A DNA stretch of 64,000 nucleotides, taken from positions 13,568,213 through 13,632,212 of the forward strand of contig OZ234493.1 in NCBI GenBank assembly GCA_965153455.1. The letters are read 5' to 3'. Positions within the stretch are counted from its first letter, which is position 1; every line of letters starts with the position of its first letter. The notes beneath the pieces are model-generated. The model saw nothing but the letters and a program-made list of their open reading frames with translations. It had not been told where the DNA came from and ran no database searches. This document shows, piece after piece, positions 39,027-51,074 of the stretch. Source of the stretch: Sphagnum compactum (taxonomy: Eukaryota). A program made the position numbers and the translations under genes.

Positions 39027-42000
39027 CTAGTTGGGCACCTGGGATGATGGAGCCATACAACAGTCAGTGTCCTTGCGTGTGGTTAGACTCCAAACTGGGG
39101 ATTCTTCTTGTTTGCAATGTGTGTGAGCATCGTTTACTGAATCTGAGTTCTGGGTGTTGGAGAACTTGTCAGCATGGTGGAGGAGGAATAGGTTATTGAG
39201 GCTTGACAATTGCGTGAACTTCACTTTCCAATCTCCTAATTCTCTCTTCAATCTTCGGTTGCTGTGCTGAAGCTGAGCCTGGCTCCTCCACAGCCAGGAA
39301 TGAACACCAAAAAAATCATGAGGTCCAACCCTCTGAAATGCAGCTCCTGAGAATAACATCAGCTTCAATTGTCATCTGTATCATCAAATTAATTAAGGAA
39401 AGTTGCAGAATTGCATACCAGCTCTGTCAGAAGCTGAGCTTTCTCTGCCCCTAGCAAAGCTCTTACCTGCAGGGAATATATGGAGCAAATAAACTCTTGA
39501 TCTAACAAAGTTGAATTATCACAAACCACCATCAGATTCTCATTCAGCACTTGAGGCAACCGGATCAGGTGTGAAGCTTACACAATACAAGAGGATTGTG
39601 AGTTCGACAGAGGACCAAACTGAGAATGACATGGCATACAATAGATATTCCTGACATGAGCTTCTTGTGCCAACAATTCAGAATTCAAATTCCTGCACAA
39701 AGCTAATCATGTTCAGGTGTACAAATGTTGACAACATCTTAACCTTGTGTAACTCATAATCATAGTGGGCTGTGGTGGTCGACATTTCTTGACCTTGAAG
39801 ACTTCTCACCTGAAATGGGGAGCAAACGAAATGGTGTTTCACATGAGCCAATTATCACAGATGTGGATTATGTAGATACAGATTGCAAGCTTTTAAAGAC
39901 TACAAATGCACTTCAAACTTGCTGTGCAAGTACATAGTAAGAGCATCTTCAGCAGTGCTCAGTATGTGACCCTGGAAAAATATTTCTCACATCCAAGTTT
40001 TTAGTTATAATTTACTTGATTTTCCAAACCCACCCATAAAACTAAAACTGGGACTGCAAATAGGTGGGAGACTACTAATAGCAACCCACCGGGACCAATC
40101 AAACTATCTAGCCAATCAACAGCAGGTGTTAGGCTTTGCTGTGCCTTTTACCATCCTCAGCAAACTGCACAAAAATGCTGGGTCAAAACCATTTTGCTTC
40201 AGGAGCTAAACTGGCATGTTTTGGCTTTTCTTCATCCAATTTTAACTTCCAGGGTCACATATTGGGCACTGGTCGAGTTGCTCTAAGAATGAGAAAACTG
40301 GGTACTACCTGTTGCTCGAAAATCTCAATCTGGAGGATCAAGTCTTTCATCTTTGATACTTCTTTTTCTAGTTTCTTCTCAGAATTCCGCATTGTGATTT
40401 TGCTGATTTCATTCACCTTCTTCAGTTCCATATTCTGACTCCCTCTCTCTTTCGCTACTGCCTGCAGTACAGGAAGATACAGAGTTTAATGGCATGTGTA
40501 CAGCAACAGTAATATTGAGCCAAAGTTTGTTCTAAGCAGCCTTGAGGTGGTGGAGATCAATATGAAGGAGGAGTTGGTTCATGGAAAAAATTCTGGAACC
40601 TTCATCATTTTGTGCTTCTTTTGCAGCAAAGCAAGTTCCGCTTGATGGATCTTCTCTGATTCTTCAAGCTTACTTGACTGCTGCTCCAGATTTTGGGTCT
40701 GAATCAATTCCACTCATGAAAAGAAGTAATTACTGTAATATCATGCCTGACGAGTGCAGGCTTATGACAAAGCATTGCTAATTCTGCATATTTTACATCC
40801 ATGATTTTAAGTGCTGTCCTAGAGGTTGAAAAAATTCAAGGTGTAAGTGACAAATATGCAGCTTTGTTTTGTATGGGCATTCTTCGCACTCACCAGTTTC
40901 TGAGATTCTGTCAAGTCTTGAATTTTTGTCCTGCTCGCCTCCTGCAGCAGCAGCAGCAAGTGCGGTGATCAATTTTTATCATTCAGTGCTTCATCCTCTT
41001 CAGTAGTATTCAACCCACAATGCATTTCATGAGATCCAAGTACCTCATAAAGCATCCGAGTCTCTGCTGTGCTTCAAGATTGAGATGCTTGATCTCTTCC
41101 CATTGTACTTTTCTTAACGCACGTGTCTCCCTCCTCACCTGTATCCAATGTTCTGAGGCTTGATAGATCCTCTTGCAATTAAAAAATAATAAAATCTAGT
41201 GTCCTCCTCAGCGTCTTAAAACCGTGACCAGTAGACATACAAAATAGACCACACAACATAACACATTTGGGTATCATCAGTTCTGACCTCACCAAGCTCC
41301 ATGGTAGCTTCCCAAGCTGCTGCAACAGCCTGTGCCGCCTGAGCAGCATGCTTCTGTACCTCTCTTGTAGCTGCTGTTGCTATCCTTCCCCTGACTACAT
41401 CCATGTTGTCGTACCCACTTTTCACAATAGATGCTGCAAGAATTCAACAGCAAAAAGAATCCACATTTATTGGTTTATTATGTAGGCTTTTTGTAGTGAA
41501 GAAATCTCTGTGGAAGAAATCTTTTTTCCAGGTAAATTGAACAAGTTCAAAATTGTGATGAAACTCATAATTTGGGAGCTGGAAATGGATTCAAGATCCT
41601 ACAACTGCAGTCCAAAGCAAAAAAAAGGGCTGAAGGGAAAAAGGGAGTAAGTATGTACACAATGTCAGTAAATGCTCCAGCTCTTGCACACATGAAAGGA
41701 GACCTGCAGCTGCAGCTTCCACATTCCCCACTTATGCACGCAAAGAATCGGTCTCTCTGTGTGCCTCTTCCCGCACCCTGGCACCATGACCCAAGGACAC
41801 TACCATAATCAAGAGAATAAGAAGCAAGGCCAAAGCTTTGCACAATACTATGACATGCACAAAAAGGGTGAATTACTACTACCATAATATCCTGCTCCTT
41901 TCTTTGCATTCCTCCACATGGGGCAAAACCTCGGCAGACCCATACATACCCGTGACAGAAGAAGGGAAGGTGGATCACACCTTTCAGATGCCCTCAATGC

Positions 42001-42744
42001 AACTTGAAACTCTGACAGTCTTTGATGAAGATCACCAGAAGAAGTGGATTGCTGATACTTCATAGCAACACAATGTTCTTCAACGAGGAGGTCTTGCTGA
42101 TCCTCATGTCTCCTCCTGGAGCTTAATATGTTGTCACCACCACAGTTCACCACTGTTGAGCCTGATGATGTATATTCACTGGAGCTTCCAGGCCAGAACT
42201 GAGGAAGAACTCCTCCTCCTGGTGATGATGGCAAGACAGAAGGCGGAGACACATCCTCCTTGATTTCTCTCTCCACATCATAAGCAATGTTGCCAGCTTT
42301 GTGGGATGATGATGGTTCTGCAACAACTTCTTCACATGAACTATGATCAAATCACACATGCAACTGAAAGATGAAGTTCATAAGGTGCCTCTTCGGGTTG
42401 TCTTCCATTTTCCTCTATATGCAGCAGCTCAGTGTTCTTGAGGTTTAAATTCCAATCTTGAAACTTTGGTCACTACGCACAAAAATCCCTTCCCCCCCCA
42501 ACCCACGAATTGTGAAAAGAGCTTGGGGGCTTGCTTTGTGCATCATGACCATGGATGCTCTGCTGCATACATATTATGTCTGAATCAAGATTGCTCAACC
42601 TTGACTTGTCGTCTATACTGGATGCAAAAGTTGGACACAGGCAGCATAGTCTTTGTAGTGTGCTACATGCACCTTCTTATTCTTTTCTTCTTCATCTTCT
42701 TATTCTTTTAAATGCTTCTGTGCATTGCTTCTATTCTTCCCCAT
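39027..42744 (-). pseudogene. Multi-exon gene for an uncharacterised coiled-coil protein, apparently disrupted
   Basis: GT-AG-bounded exons at ~41778-41704, 41432-41289, 41138-41044, ~40931-40893, 40461-40309, 39809-39744, 39466-39418 and 39331-39027 give heptad-like text (EVQKHAAQAAQAVAAAWE.., SEKKLEKEVSKMKDLILQIEIFEQQ, QLQHSNRRLKRELGDWK). In-frame TAA at 41734-41732 and several stops in the 5' region. Family not recognised. Confidence 0.5.
39941..40283. mobile_element. Tourist/PIF-Harbinger-type MITE (343 bp) in an intron
   Basis: TAA TSD at 39938-39940 and 40284-40286. ~37-bp imperfect TIRs: GAGCATCTTCAGCAGTGCTCAGTATGTGACCCTGGAA versus the reverse complement of the right end, GAGCAACTCGACCAGTGCCCAATATGTGACCCTGGAA. 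Confidence 0.88.
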
Positions 42745-43296
42745 TGCTGGACCTTGGAGCTCTTCCACAACAAGCCAACATTAGAAAATCTTGCTTTCTC
42801 TAACAAGAGGACATGAGATCAATTAGCTCCATCCATGAGCCTGTGCAGCTCACAGATGTAGTGTGGGGGGGGGGGGAGATGTACAAATTAGCTCCAGAAG
42901 AAAATCAAACCAACCCAAAACTTCAGTTTCAGCTTCTCTCTCTCAAAGACCCATTTTGCCTTGTGCTTTTTTTTCTTCATTCCCAAACTCCCATTTTTCA
43001 CAGTGTTCCAGCTTACAAATGATGATATGAGAAAGCTCAGAGAGAGAGGGAAAAAAAATCCAAGCTATCCAAAAATTTAGTCAACTTCTTTGTACACTCG
43101 TTTCTCTCAAGCTGAACGAATTTCTCATCTTCAAATTTGTTTTTTGCAGCGGCGCTTCCTGGATTTCCTTCTTGGTTGCATCTTTACAAGTCTGGCACCC
43201 TAAAAAGCTTTCAAAACAAGATCATCATCAACTCACCTCCAAATTCCAGCAGGATACAACTAGCAGCTTCTCCCCCCATCAAGATTCTTTCTTGAT

Positions 43297-43331
<35 letters not shown>

Positions 43332-44262
43332 CTCTCTCTCTCACCAAAGAAGACTTTGCATACCTCCTGCTGTAAAGTATAACAACCCATCAGCCATTTC
43401 TCTTCAGTTCTTGCACATGGAGGGGGGGAAAGTTCAAAGCTTTTATAGCAAAAGTTTTGGCCAGAAAAGACAAGAACTCTTTGGAAACAAAAACTCTTGT
43501 GCTGAAGATCAAGGAAAAATAGAAGGAAATCCTTTTGAAAAAAAGACCTTGCAAAGTTTGCTCTTCTCTCAGTAAGAAGATCATTGTGAAGAAGAACCAC
43601 CACCACCACCACCACCACCACCATCACCCACCAAAACAAAGCTCTCCTCAACTAGAATTCCAACTTTGCTCTGGAGTAGCACAAATTCCTTGATTTGGGT
43701 GGCACACAAAAACACTAAAATCTTTGCTCCAAATCTCCTGACCAAATTTTCAGGGGAATTTTTTTTGTTCCCCCTTTCTTGTTTGTTGGCCTTGCCTACT
43801 ACCAAGGCCCTTAAGGATATTGTGTTTAGGTTCATTATAGAGTAAAGTAGCTTAAGGGATTTTGACCCCCCTTAGTTAATATACTAAGGTCTATTTTTAT
43901 ATTATATGAGGATTTTTGAAACATGATCTTTTGGCTTGTGTGTTAAAACTTGAGATTAGTTATTATAGAGTTACTAGTGGGTACCCGTGACCTTCGGACA
44001 CTCTGAAGTCCCCCGGTTTCTTTAAACCGAGACACACACAAAGGCGCAAAGCAGCTAATTTTATTTTTAGTTTATTTATTTTTTGTGGTGAAAATCCATT
44101 GAAAAGTCCCCCATGAAAACATACATGGTGAAGCGAGCGTTTTCAGACTTGTTGTAGAAGACAGAGTTATAGAAACAGTGTCAAACTGGCTAAATTTACA
44201 GCAATATTCCTTCCATCAGAAGTGCTTTCCAATTTGCAATTCAAGAAATTTCTTCAATGCAC

Positions 44263-44346
44263 CTTGGCTGTAATGAGCTCACATTGCGACCCCTTTCCAG
44301 ACGCCAGAACTCCAGAAATCATAATCCTCAGGGCCTCCATTCTTGC
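44263..44346 (-). pseudogene. Captured single exon of a plastid-type adenylate kinase (P-loop exon)
   Basis: AG|GCAAGAATG...GCCAAG|GT gives 28 codons ARMEALRIMISGVLASGKGSQCELITAK, similar to the plastid ADK motif LKIMISGAPASGKGTQCELI. It is below the ORF-track length cut-off. Confidence 0.8.
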
Positions 44347-44705
44347 CTGCCGAGGCTTAAACCAATTTCGCTAAAAAAAAAAAAAAAAAAACCAATAAGT
44401 CGAAATAGAGCATGAATAATTGATGACAACATGTTATTATGATGTTGCAACAACAGCAGCGCTTTGAAATCTTGTTAACAAAAAACTCGAATTGAATTTT
44501 CTTTAAATTTTAAAAAAAAAGTGATTATGAAATGACCCACCTTTGTGATGAAGTTGTTTGGAAACACTGAAAAATCCTCACACTGAAATCCTGACAAAAG
44601 CCTCAGAACTTCAAACCTTTCATAAAGTACATGCAAAGCATGTTGAGAAAGAATTTCCAAGTTCTCTAATGGCATCTTCCAGGAATTCCAAGCAAAGATT
44701 GCCTT

Positions 44706-44870
44706 CTAGAAACAAAATAGCAAGCCTATTGTCCACATCCGGAATGTCCATACCGACAGACTCGAATCATTCGTATTGGGAACCGTTAGTCTCACTTGTT
44801 CCACTGGCGACTCGTCCACGTTCCCACCCTGTTCCAATGCTTTCAGTCCTTCCAGTCCCTCCCCCGGACT
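44706..44870 (-). pseudogene. Captured N-terminal fragment of an OPT-family oligopeptide transporter
   Basis: DESPVEQVRLTVPNTNDSSLSVWTFRMWTIGLLF matches the conserved OPT N-terminal motif SPxEEVRLTVPxTDDPxLPxxTFRMWxLG; it ends at a stop codon. Confidence 0.82.
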
Positions 44871-45024
44871 GCACAAAACCAAAACCCACATCAATCCATC
44901 TTCTTCTTCTTCTTCTTGTTTTTCTTTGTCTTCTTTGTCTTCTTCTTGGCATCCCCCACTTTCCACAACAATCACAACAAAGGTGCAAATGGGTGTGACT
45001 GGCAGCAGTCAAGGAAAGACATAC

Positions 45025-45623
45025 CCAGACTGGTAGCAGCAATGGGGTCCCGGTCAAATCGATCAAATATCACATCTACTGGTTGGCCAAGCTCTGTCTC
45101 TATGATTCTCACAACTGTCTCTGACTCAAATGGCGGCACTTGATCCTTCTCACAGGAAAAACAAACATCCAACCTTCAGCAAAAATAAAAAATTATTCCT
45201 AAATCTCTCCTCCCTGATGAAGAGGAAGAAAAAGATCATGAAAAGAAAGATCATGTGGAGCAGCTGCAAAAAGACCATGAAGAGAACAACCATGCAGAGC
45301 TGCAAAGAAGAGCCTGAAAAGAAAGATCATGCAGAGCTGCAGAAATATTGTGAAGAGAAAGATGGTCATGTAGGGAAGCAGAAAAGATCATGGAGAGAGA
45401 TCATGAGCTGCTGCTGCTGCTGCTACTGCAAAAAGATTGCAATTTGTACTATTGACCTGCAGCTCTGCCAATTCATCGACATACTCCTGAGCAAGAATGT
45501 CAACATGAGTGGAGAATTGTTGCCCAATTTTGATGAAAGTTGGCCCCAATCGCAGCAACCCTTCCTTCACCCATTTCGCAAGTCTCTTCCTCTTCTCCTT
45601 TTTGTTCAGCTCTGTCATACCAC
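45025..45623 (-). pseudogene. Captured fragment of an ABC1K8/OSA1-like atypical kinase (two exons plus intron)
   Basis: Exon 45623-45457 GGMTELNKKEKRKRLAKWVKEGLLRLGPTFIKIGQQFSTHVDILAQEYVDELAELQ and exon 45145-45025 [41 protein letters not shown]. The kinase core (from QVH onward) is absent. Confidence 0.88.
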
Positions 45624-45642
45624 CTGCAAAACAACCTACAAC

Positions 45643-45810
45643 CAAACTCTCCTCCTCCACCAATCTGCTGCTGCTGTTGCTAATCCAAACTCTCCTCCTC
45701 CACCAATCTGTCGCTGCTGTTGCTAATCCAAACTTCTCCTCCTCCACCAATCTGTTGCTGCTGTTGCTAATCCAAACTTCTCCTCCTCCTCCAATCTGCT
45801 GCTGCTGCCA
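45643..45810. repeat. ~42-bp minisatellite, about 4 copies, inside the Helitron
   Basis: CAAACT(T)CTCCTCCTCCACCAATCTG.TGCTGCTGTTGCTAATC repeated in tandem. Confidence 0.8.
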
Positions 45811-47363
45811 TTCGTCCTCCTCCTCTTCCATCATCTTCTTCTTCTTTCGGGATGAAGAACTTGGATGGATGGATGACGGGACGGATGGATGGAAAGGACG
45901 ACCACCCAAGGATATTATATAAGTAGATAATAATATCTTGAATGATTTTGGTTTTTCTTACAGGATTTCCTTAAGATTATGTTTTTAAGATTATTTGAGT
46001 TTCCATAATTCTTCTTTTGCCTTAAGATACTTCTTAATATTAGTAAATGGCAAGGCCACATGTGACACCCCCTTGTTTGCTTGTTTGTTTGTTTGTTGTG
46101 GAAATCTGATATGGAAGAAGAGTGAAAAGAGCTAAGTTAGTAGTAGTAACTAGTAAGCCTTTTCCTGTGATGAGGAAATGGGGGAAGCAAATGGGCTAAC
46201 TGAACTGAATAACAGACAGATTCCCATAATAACATTATTATTGTTATTATTATTATTATTATTAACACCTATCTACCACTCTATTGTATCTCCACAGTTC
46301 ATTTTTTCCCTACCAATTTTGTTGTTTTTGACCCAAGAAAAAAGGGGAAAATTTTGCAAAATTTGAATTTTGTTGGGGAAAAAATTGCCAAATTTTTAAT
46401 ATCACAAAAATTGAAGAAAAACCCTGATCTTCACTCCATACTAAGGGAGGGGAAACATGCAATCACTTTGTACCATAGTATTAATTAAGTACCCCCCATA
46501 ATAGTAGTAATAATTACAACTAGTGTAGCTTGTGCTGTTTGGCCTAAGTTTTAATTTTTTTAAATTTTCTAATTGTTTCTTTTTTTTGGTGGGTGAATTT
46601 TTGCCACTTGATGACCAAAAAAAAAAAAAGTTTCAGTGCAATTCATACAAAGGATTCATTTTTCATGCAAAAAAATGCACCTCAGTTGACAGATTCCAAG
46701 GAGTTTTTTTTCTTCTGAAATAGCCACATTTAGACAGTGGGTTCCAGCAAGATGCTTAAATTTGTTTAATCTCCTCTCTGACCTGTAGCCAAATTTGGCT
46801 AATTCCTCTTGTGTATGATTGCCAATGTGGGTGTGGTATATCACAAAATTGGAAAAAAAAAGAAATAAACAGAACCCAAATTACAACAATGCTCAAAAAC
46901 GCTTTCCTTCTATAATTGTATCCGAGAATTACCATTAATCCCATTGGGCGAGTAGTAGTTGTTGAATACAAACATCTCTTATTCAATCTACTAGACCATT
47001 TGACAAATTCATATTTTCGTAACAATCCTAAAGAACCAGTGGCAAAATCATTAGAGATTTTTTTTTGAAAAAAAAAGCGGTGGTGATGATGTCTAGAACA
47101 ACTTAAGGAACACATGCAAACATTACAAGAACACCACCGTAAAATTAACCATTCAGAAAGGCACATGGAATGTTAAGACACAAAAGATTACATAGTACAT
47201 GATTCTTCTAACACCCACACCCACACGATTCTTCTAACACCCACCGAGGATTTCAGAAAACAGATTAGTGGAATGGAAGATTGCTCACGCATAGAGTACA
47301 AAACTTCCATCACCCAGTTGAGACATGTCGCAGCGGCATGGCTATCACCCACTTCTCTCAACA

Positions 47364-50300
47364 TTAGGATACCGGGAGTGTAGTAGCTTTTGACTTCCAA
47401 ATGGAGGCAAGCGTAGTGCCAGAGCGAGACTTATGGATGCGTCTGCTCCCATCTTTTTTTCCCTTCTCCTCCTCCTCCTTTCTGCCATTGTTTCTCATTG
47501 CTTCCTCTAAGTCCAAGGTCTCTGCGGCAAAGGTGCTCAGAGGAGCAGAGTGCGACAATTTGGTGTCCTTTTGGCGCTGCTCCCGGAAATGCTGGAGCAG
47601 CTTTTGAGCTTTGTCCTGGCCTCTCGGATTCCCAGTCACTGAGAGTGACACAAGAGCTGGAATCACACCCTCACGCAACACTAGCTGACTATGCTGCATG
47701 CTATTAGTACAAAGTAATAGCAGGGTGGCTGCGGCATGCTCCTTCTCCTTGGTACTACTTCCTGTCTCAAGAATCTCAGCAAGCACAGCAACACCACCCT
47801 CAGTTTTTGCTATTGTGGATTGGCCTTCTTCAATGGAAGATAGATTGTATAGGAGTGCCACACATTTCTCTACAAGATCAACCTTATGGAGGCTTAGCAA
47901 ATGGACTAGAATTGGGATAGCACCCGCCCGCACAACACGGGGCCGATTACCCAAGAATATGGTCAGATTGTACAAAGTGATTAACGCATCCTTCCTCGCC
48001 TGGTTGGAGCCTGAGATTAAGAGCTGCACCAGCAGTGGGATTGCTCCTGATGAACCTATACATGATTTATTCTCGTTCAAACAGGAGAGGGTCAGCAGCG
48101 CTGCCACTGCAGCTTCTTTGGATGCACGACTCGTTTCAGCTTTCAGCAACTCTACAAACAAGGGCACTCCTCCTGCACCCACCACAGCTGCCTTGTTCCT
48201 GCACACAGTTTTGAAGCAAGAGAGAAGAAAATCAGCTTGCTACCCAATGTGTGATTTTCCCAAACACTAAGTTCTGGTGTCTTATCTGCTGATTTCATTT
48301 GTGTGGGCACGTCACATCATCCTACATGATCAGACGGATGCATCAAAGGCAGTTCCATCATATCTGTGACATCAAAGTAAACCCTAGGCCCTAAAACCTT
48401 CCTCAGCATTCTTGGGATTTTGTGTGTTCTCCAGATTTATATCCCGGGTTTTAAGAAAATGGGTTTTTTTTTACCTGTCATCATTAATAGCAACATTGAG
48501 AAGTGCGAGGGCCCCAACTTCCTGAGCACCATCATCATCTGTATTGATGGTTGTACAGAGAAAATCCACAAGTGCTGGAATGGCACCGCCATCTCCAATA
48601 TGAGCCCGTGCCTTTGCATTGTTCTTTGCTAGAACTCGGATTTCTTCTGCTGCTTGGCAGCGAAGGTGTGGAGACCCATCAGTGAGGTCTGCCACCAGTC
48701 CCTCCAAATGTTTCAACCATTGCTCATTGTTTAGCTCTGTCATCTCTGCTCCTCTCTCTACCAGCCCATATGCTGGTGCCAGTCCGGCCTCACAGACATC
48801 CCTGCTATCTCTTATATATCCAGTTCCCACCCTACAGTTGAGGTCTTGACCCGAGGGATCCAATGCCTCTGCACTTCCTTTTCCATCTGCTTCATTTTCA
48901 GCATCACCAGCAGGCAAGTGATCATTGTCCATGGCTAATCTTGCCTCCTTCAGCTGTTCTCCACTTCGCACCTTTGTGAGTTCTGAGGTCAACTTGATCT
49001 CCCACCTGCATGAAGTGACAGGGGAAGGGGGTGAAGATGGGGGTTCTGGGACACCCATTCCATGGGCCTCACACCAGCTGGCAATCAGACCCTTGACACA
49101 GTAGTTGGGAGTAAGATTGAGGTGCGACAACCTCTGCCGAGTCTTTGGACATGTGACATGGCCTTCCTGTCAAAACCCAACAATGCAAGAAACCAGTTTG
49201 ACAAATCTGTCACCTTCACCATTCATCAATAAACTGGCTCCACATGGTGGATGTACACTAGGGTTAAGGGTTTAGGGTTTAACAAGAATACCAAGGTCTG
49301 GCAGTAAGAAAAAAATAAAAATAAATCTCAATGTCGCCAGAAACTTACTTGGAACCACTTTTCAATGCAGACTCGCTCATATGTTTGGCCAGAGGCCACT
49401 ATCACAGGGTCTGACATAAGCTGTAGTGATATGGGACAGCGCAGTTCCTCTGGTGGCAAAGAGGTCCTTGGAGTTCGTGGTGAACTGGAACAACGATCTC
49501 GTTCAGCAAGATTATCCACAGATGGGGTCGACCCAAGCTCTGAACAATGGCATTCAGCACAATGGTGGGATGGGAAGGAAGGAGATGATAGACCATCTGT
49601 TTCTTCCCCAATTGAAAGCTTGCCAGACAATCCCCAGCCCCAATCAGAAACAGGCCACCTTGCAGGTTCTCCCACACCTTGCAAGACTTCCGTCTCCATG
49701 TGCAAAATGTTATTGAACTTCTTCATCAGCTGGAGTATGTGGCGCGTAACCGCCTCTTTCCGACTGTCTCCTTCATGCCGGGCTTTCTCAAGAAGCCGCT
49801 TTAGGGCATGTTTTTCGACTAGTATAGAATCTGCCGATACCAAGCCCAGCTGGATCACCACCTGACTGAAGGTCTCCTGCTCTGCTTGAGGGTTTTCATA
49901 TCGATCTCCTTTCTGTTTCTGCAATAGCAAAGAAATGATGTCTGCTCCAATCTGCTTCTCACTTGGATCCAGCTCAAATTGGGTTTGGCTCAACTCCACT
50001 TGAATCTCCAAAATCTGCACAAACATCTCAGTTGGTGAATTTCAATCTCCATCTTTGTCATTGCTTTATTTCCTCTCTTTTCTTGAGCTGCCTGGACATT
50101 CATCACTTTCTCTGTTTCATTTCCTTTTATTCAATTGTCTGCCTTGTTAACTTCTAAGAAGAGTAAGGGCATGGGAACTCTGCAGGTACAAACCTGAGCA
50201 CTGAGTTCCTGCGGAACCAGAATTGAAACCCGTCTAAGACTCAACTCCAACCCTTCTTTGACTTCCTGAAATCGTGAGAGCATGGTCTCCCCCTTGATTG

Positions 50301-51074
50301 CCTGCAAGTACTAAGCAGCTCAGCTCAAGTAATATGACTAACAAGGTGCAATCATCTAAGCCTCATGCATAAAAGAAGTGGACAAATGATTTGCCAATTC
50401 AAAAGAGAACCGTGTAAAGAACAAGAGACTCAGTGCAGTTTGAAGATCACCCATCCTATGTCCACAAAGGTCCCCTTGAAAGACTGACTGTTGGGTAGGG
50501 AAATCATGTGAACAACTCAGAGATCCATTGAGAACTGTGAAGATAGGGCACTTATGAAGTCTACCTACCAGGTAGAGCTTGCTGGAGTCTGCACAGTAGT
50601 GTAGGAGGGAACGGGCTTTATCAAGGGCCAGCTGTAGTGCACAGAGTGCTTGGACACCCGATTTCCGAAAGTGAATACATTCCACATCCAGTGCAGGTCC
50701 CAAACCTTGCAACCGCCTCACAAAAACATCCAAGACCCTACATAATCCTCCATGTAGCTGCAAGAAGTGCTCACAAACTCTTCAGTAAGACAAATTATTA
50801 TTGCCCAAGAGAAGTACAAAGGAACTCCAAGGCTACACCCATATTGTCAACATTGTAATCACACCTTCTGCATGGAAAGATATGTTGCCAAGCCAACATA
50901 CTCCCAGGTAAAACTGGAACTGGACTTCACAATAACTTCAAGTCAAAGAGCAAGACTTTGCAAAATCTCTGGTATGTTGCAGGGACAAGACAAGGAGGGA
51001 CTTATGGGTGCTACCTGGGCAGGCTTGGCAAGAGGACTCTGCTGCACCAGACTCTGTACTGTTGCAGTGTCCAT
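47364..51074 (-). CDS. U-box/ARM-repeat E3 ubiquitin ligase, PUB6/PUB7/PUB45-like (UND-U-box-ARM), 6 coding exons
   Basis: Exons 51074-51015, 50757-50569, 50301-50194, 50014-49349, 49166-48475, 48198-47364; phase-consistent. [46 protein letters not shown]-box: [72 protein letters not shown] repeats end in [36 protein letters not shown]. Confidence 0.94.

Larger units (their letters stand above)
43974..45927 (-). mobile_element. Non-autonomous Helitron (1954 bp) carrying captured gene fragments
   Basis: On the minus strand it starts A|TCTACTTATATAATA and ends GTGTCCGAAGGTCACGGGTACCCACTAG|T: 5' TC, subterminal imperfect hairpin, 3' CTAG, inserted between A and T, no TSD. No Rep/helicase ORF. 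Confidence 0.85.

Noticed and set aside
49259-49281. Telomere-like TTTAGGG/CCCTAAA motifs (also ~19818, ~35953, ~58060)
   Set aside because: Only 2-3 degenerate units; ordinary interstitial telo-box-like sequence.
4620-51074. Functional clustering of cytoskeleton (CHUP1, katanin p80) and ubiquitin (F-box, U-box) genes
   Set aside because: No shared regulatory structure is visible; neighbouring unrelated genes are expected in plant genomes.
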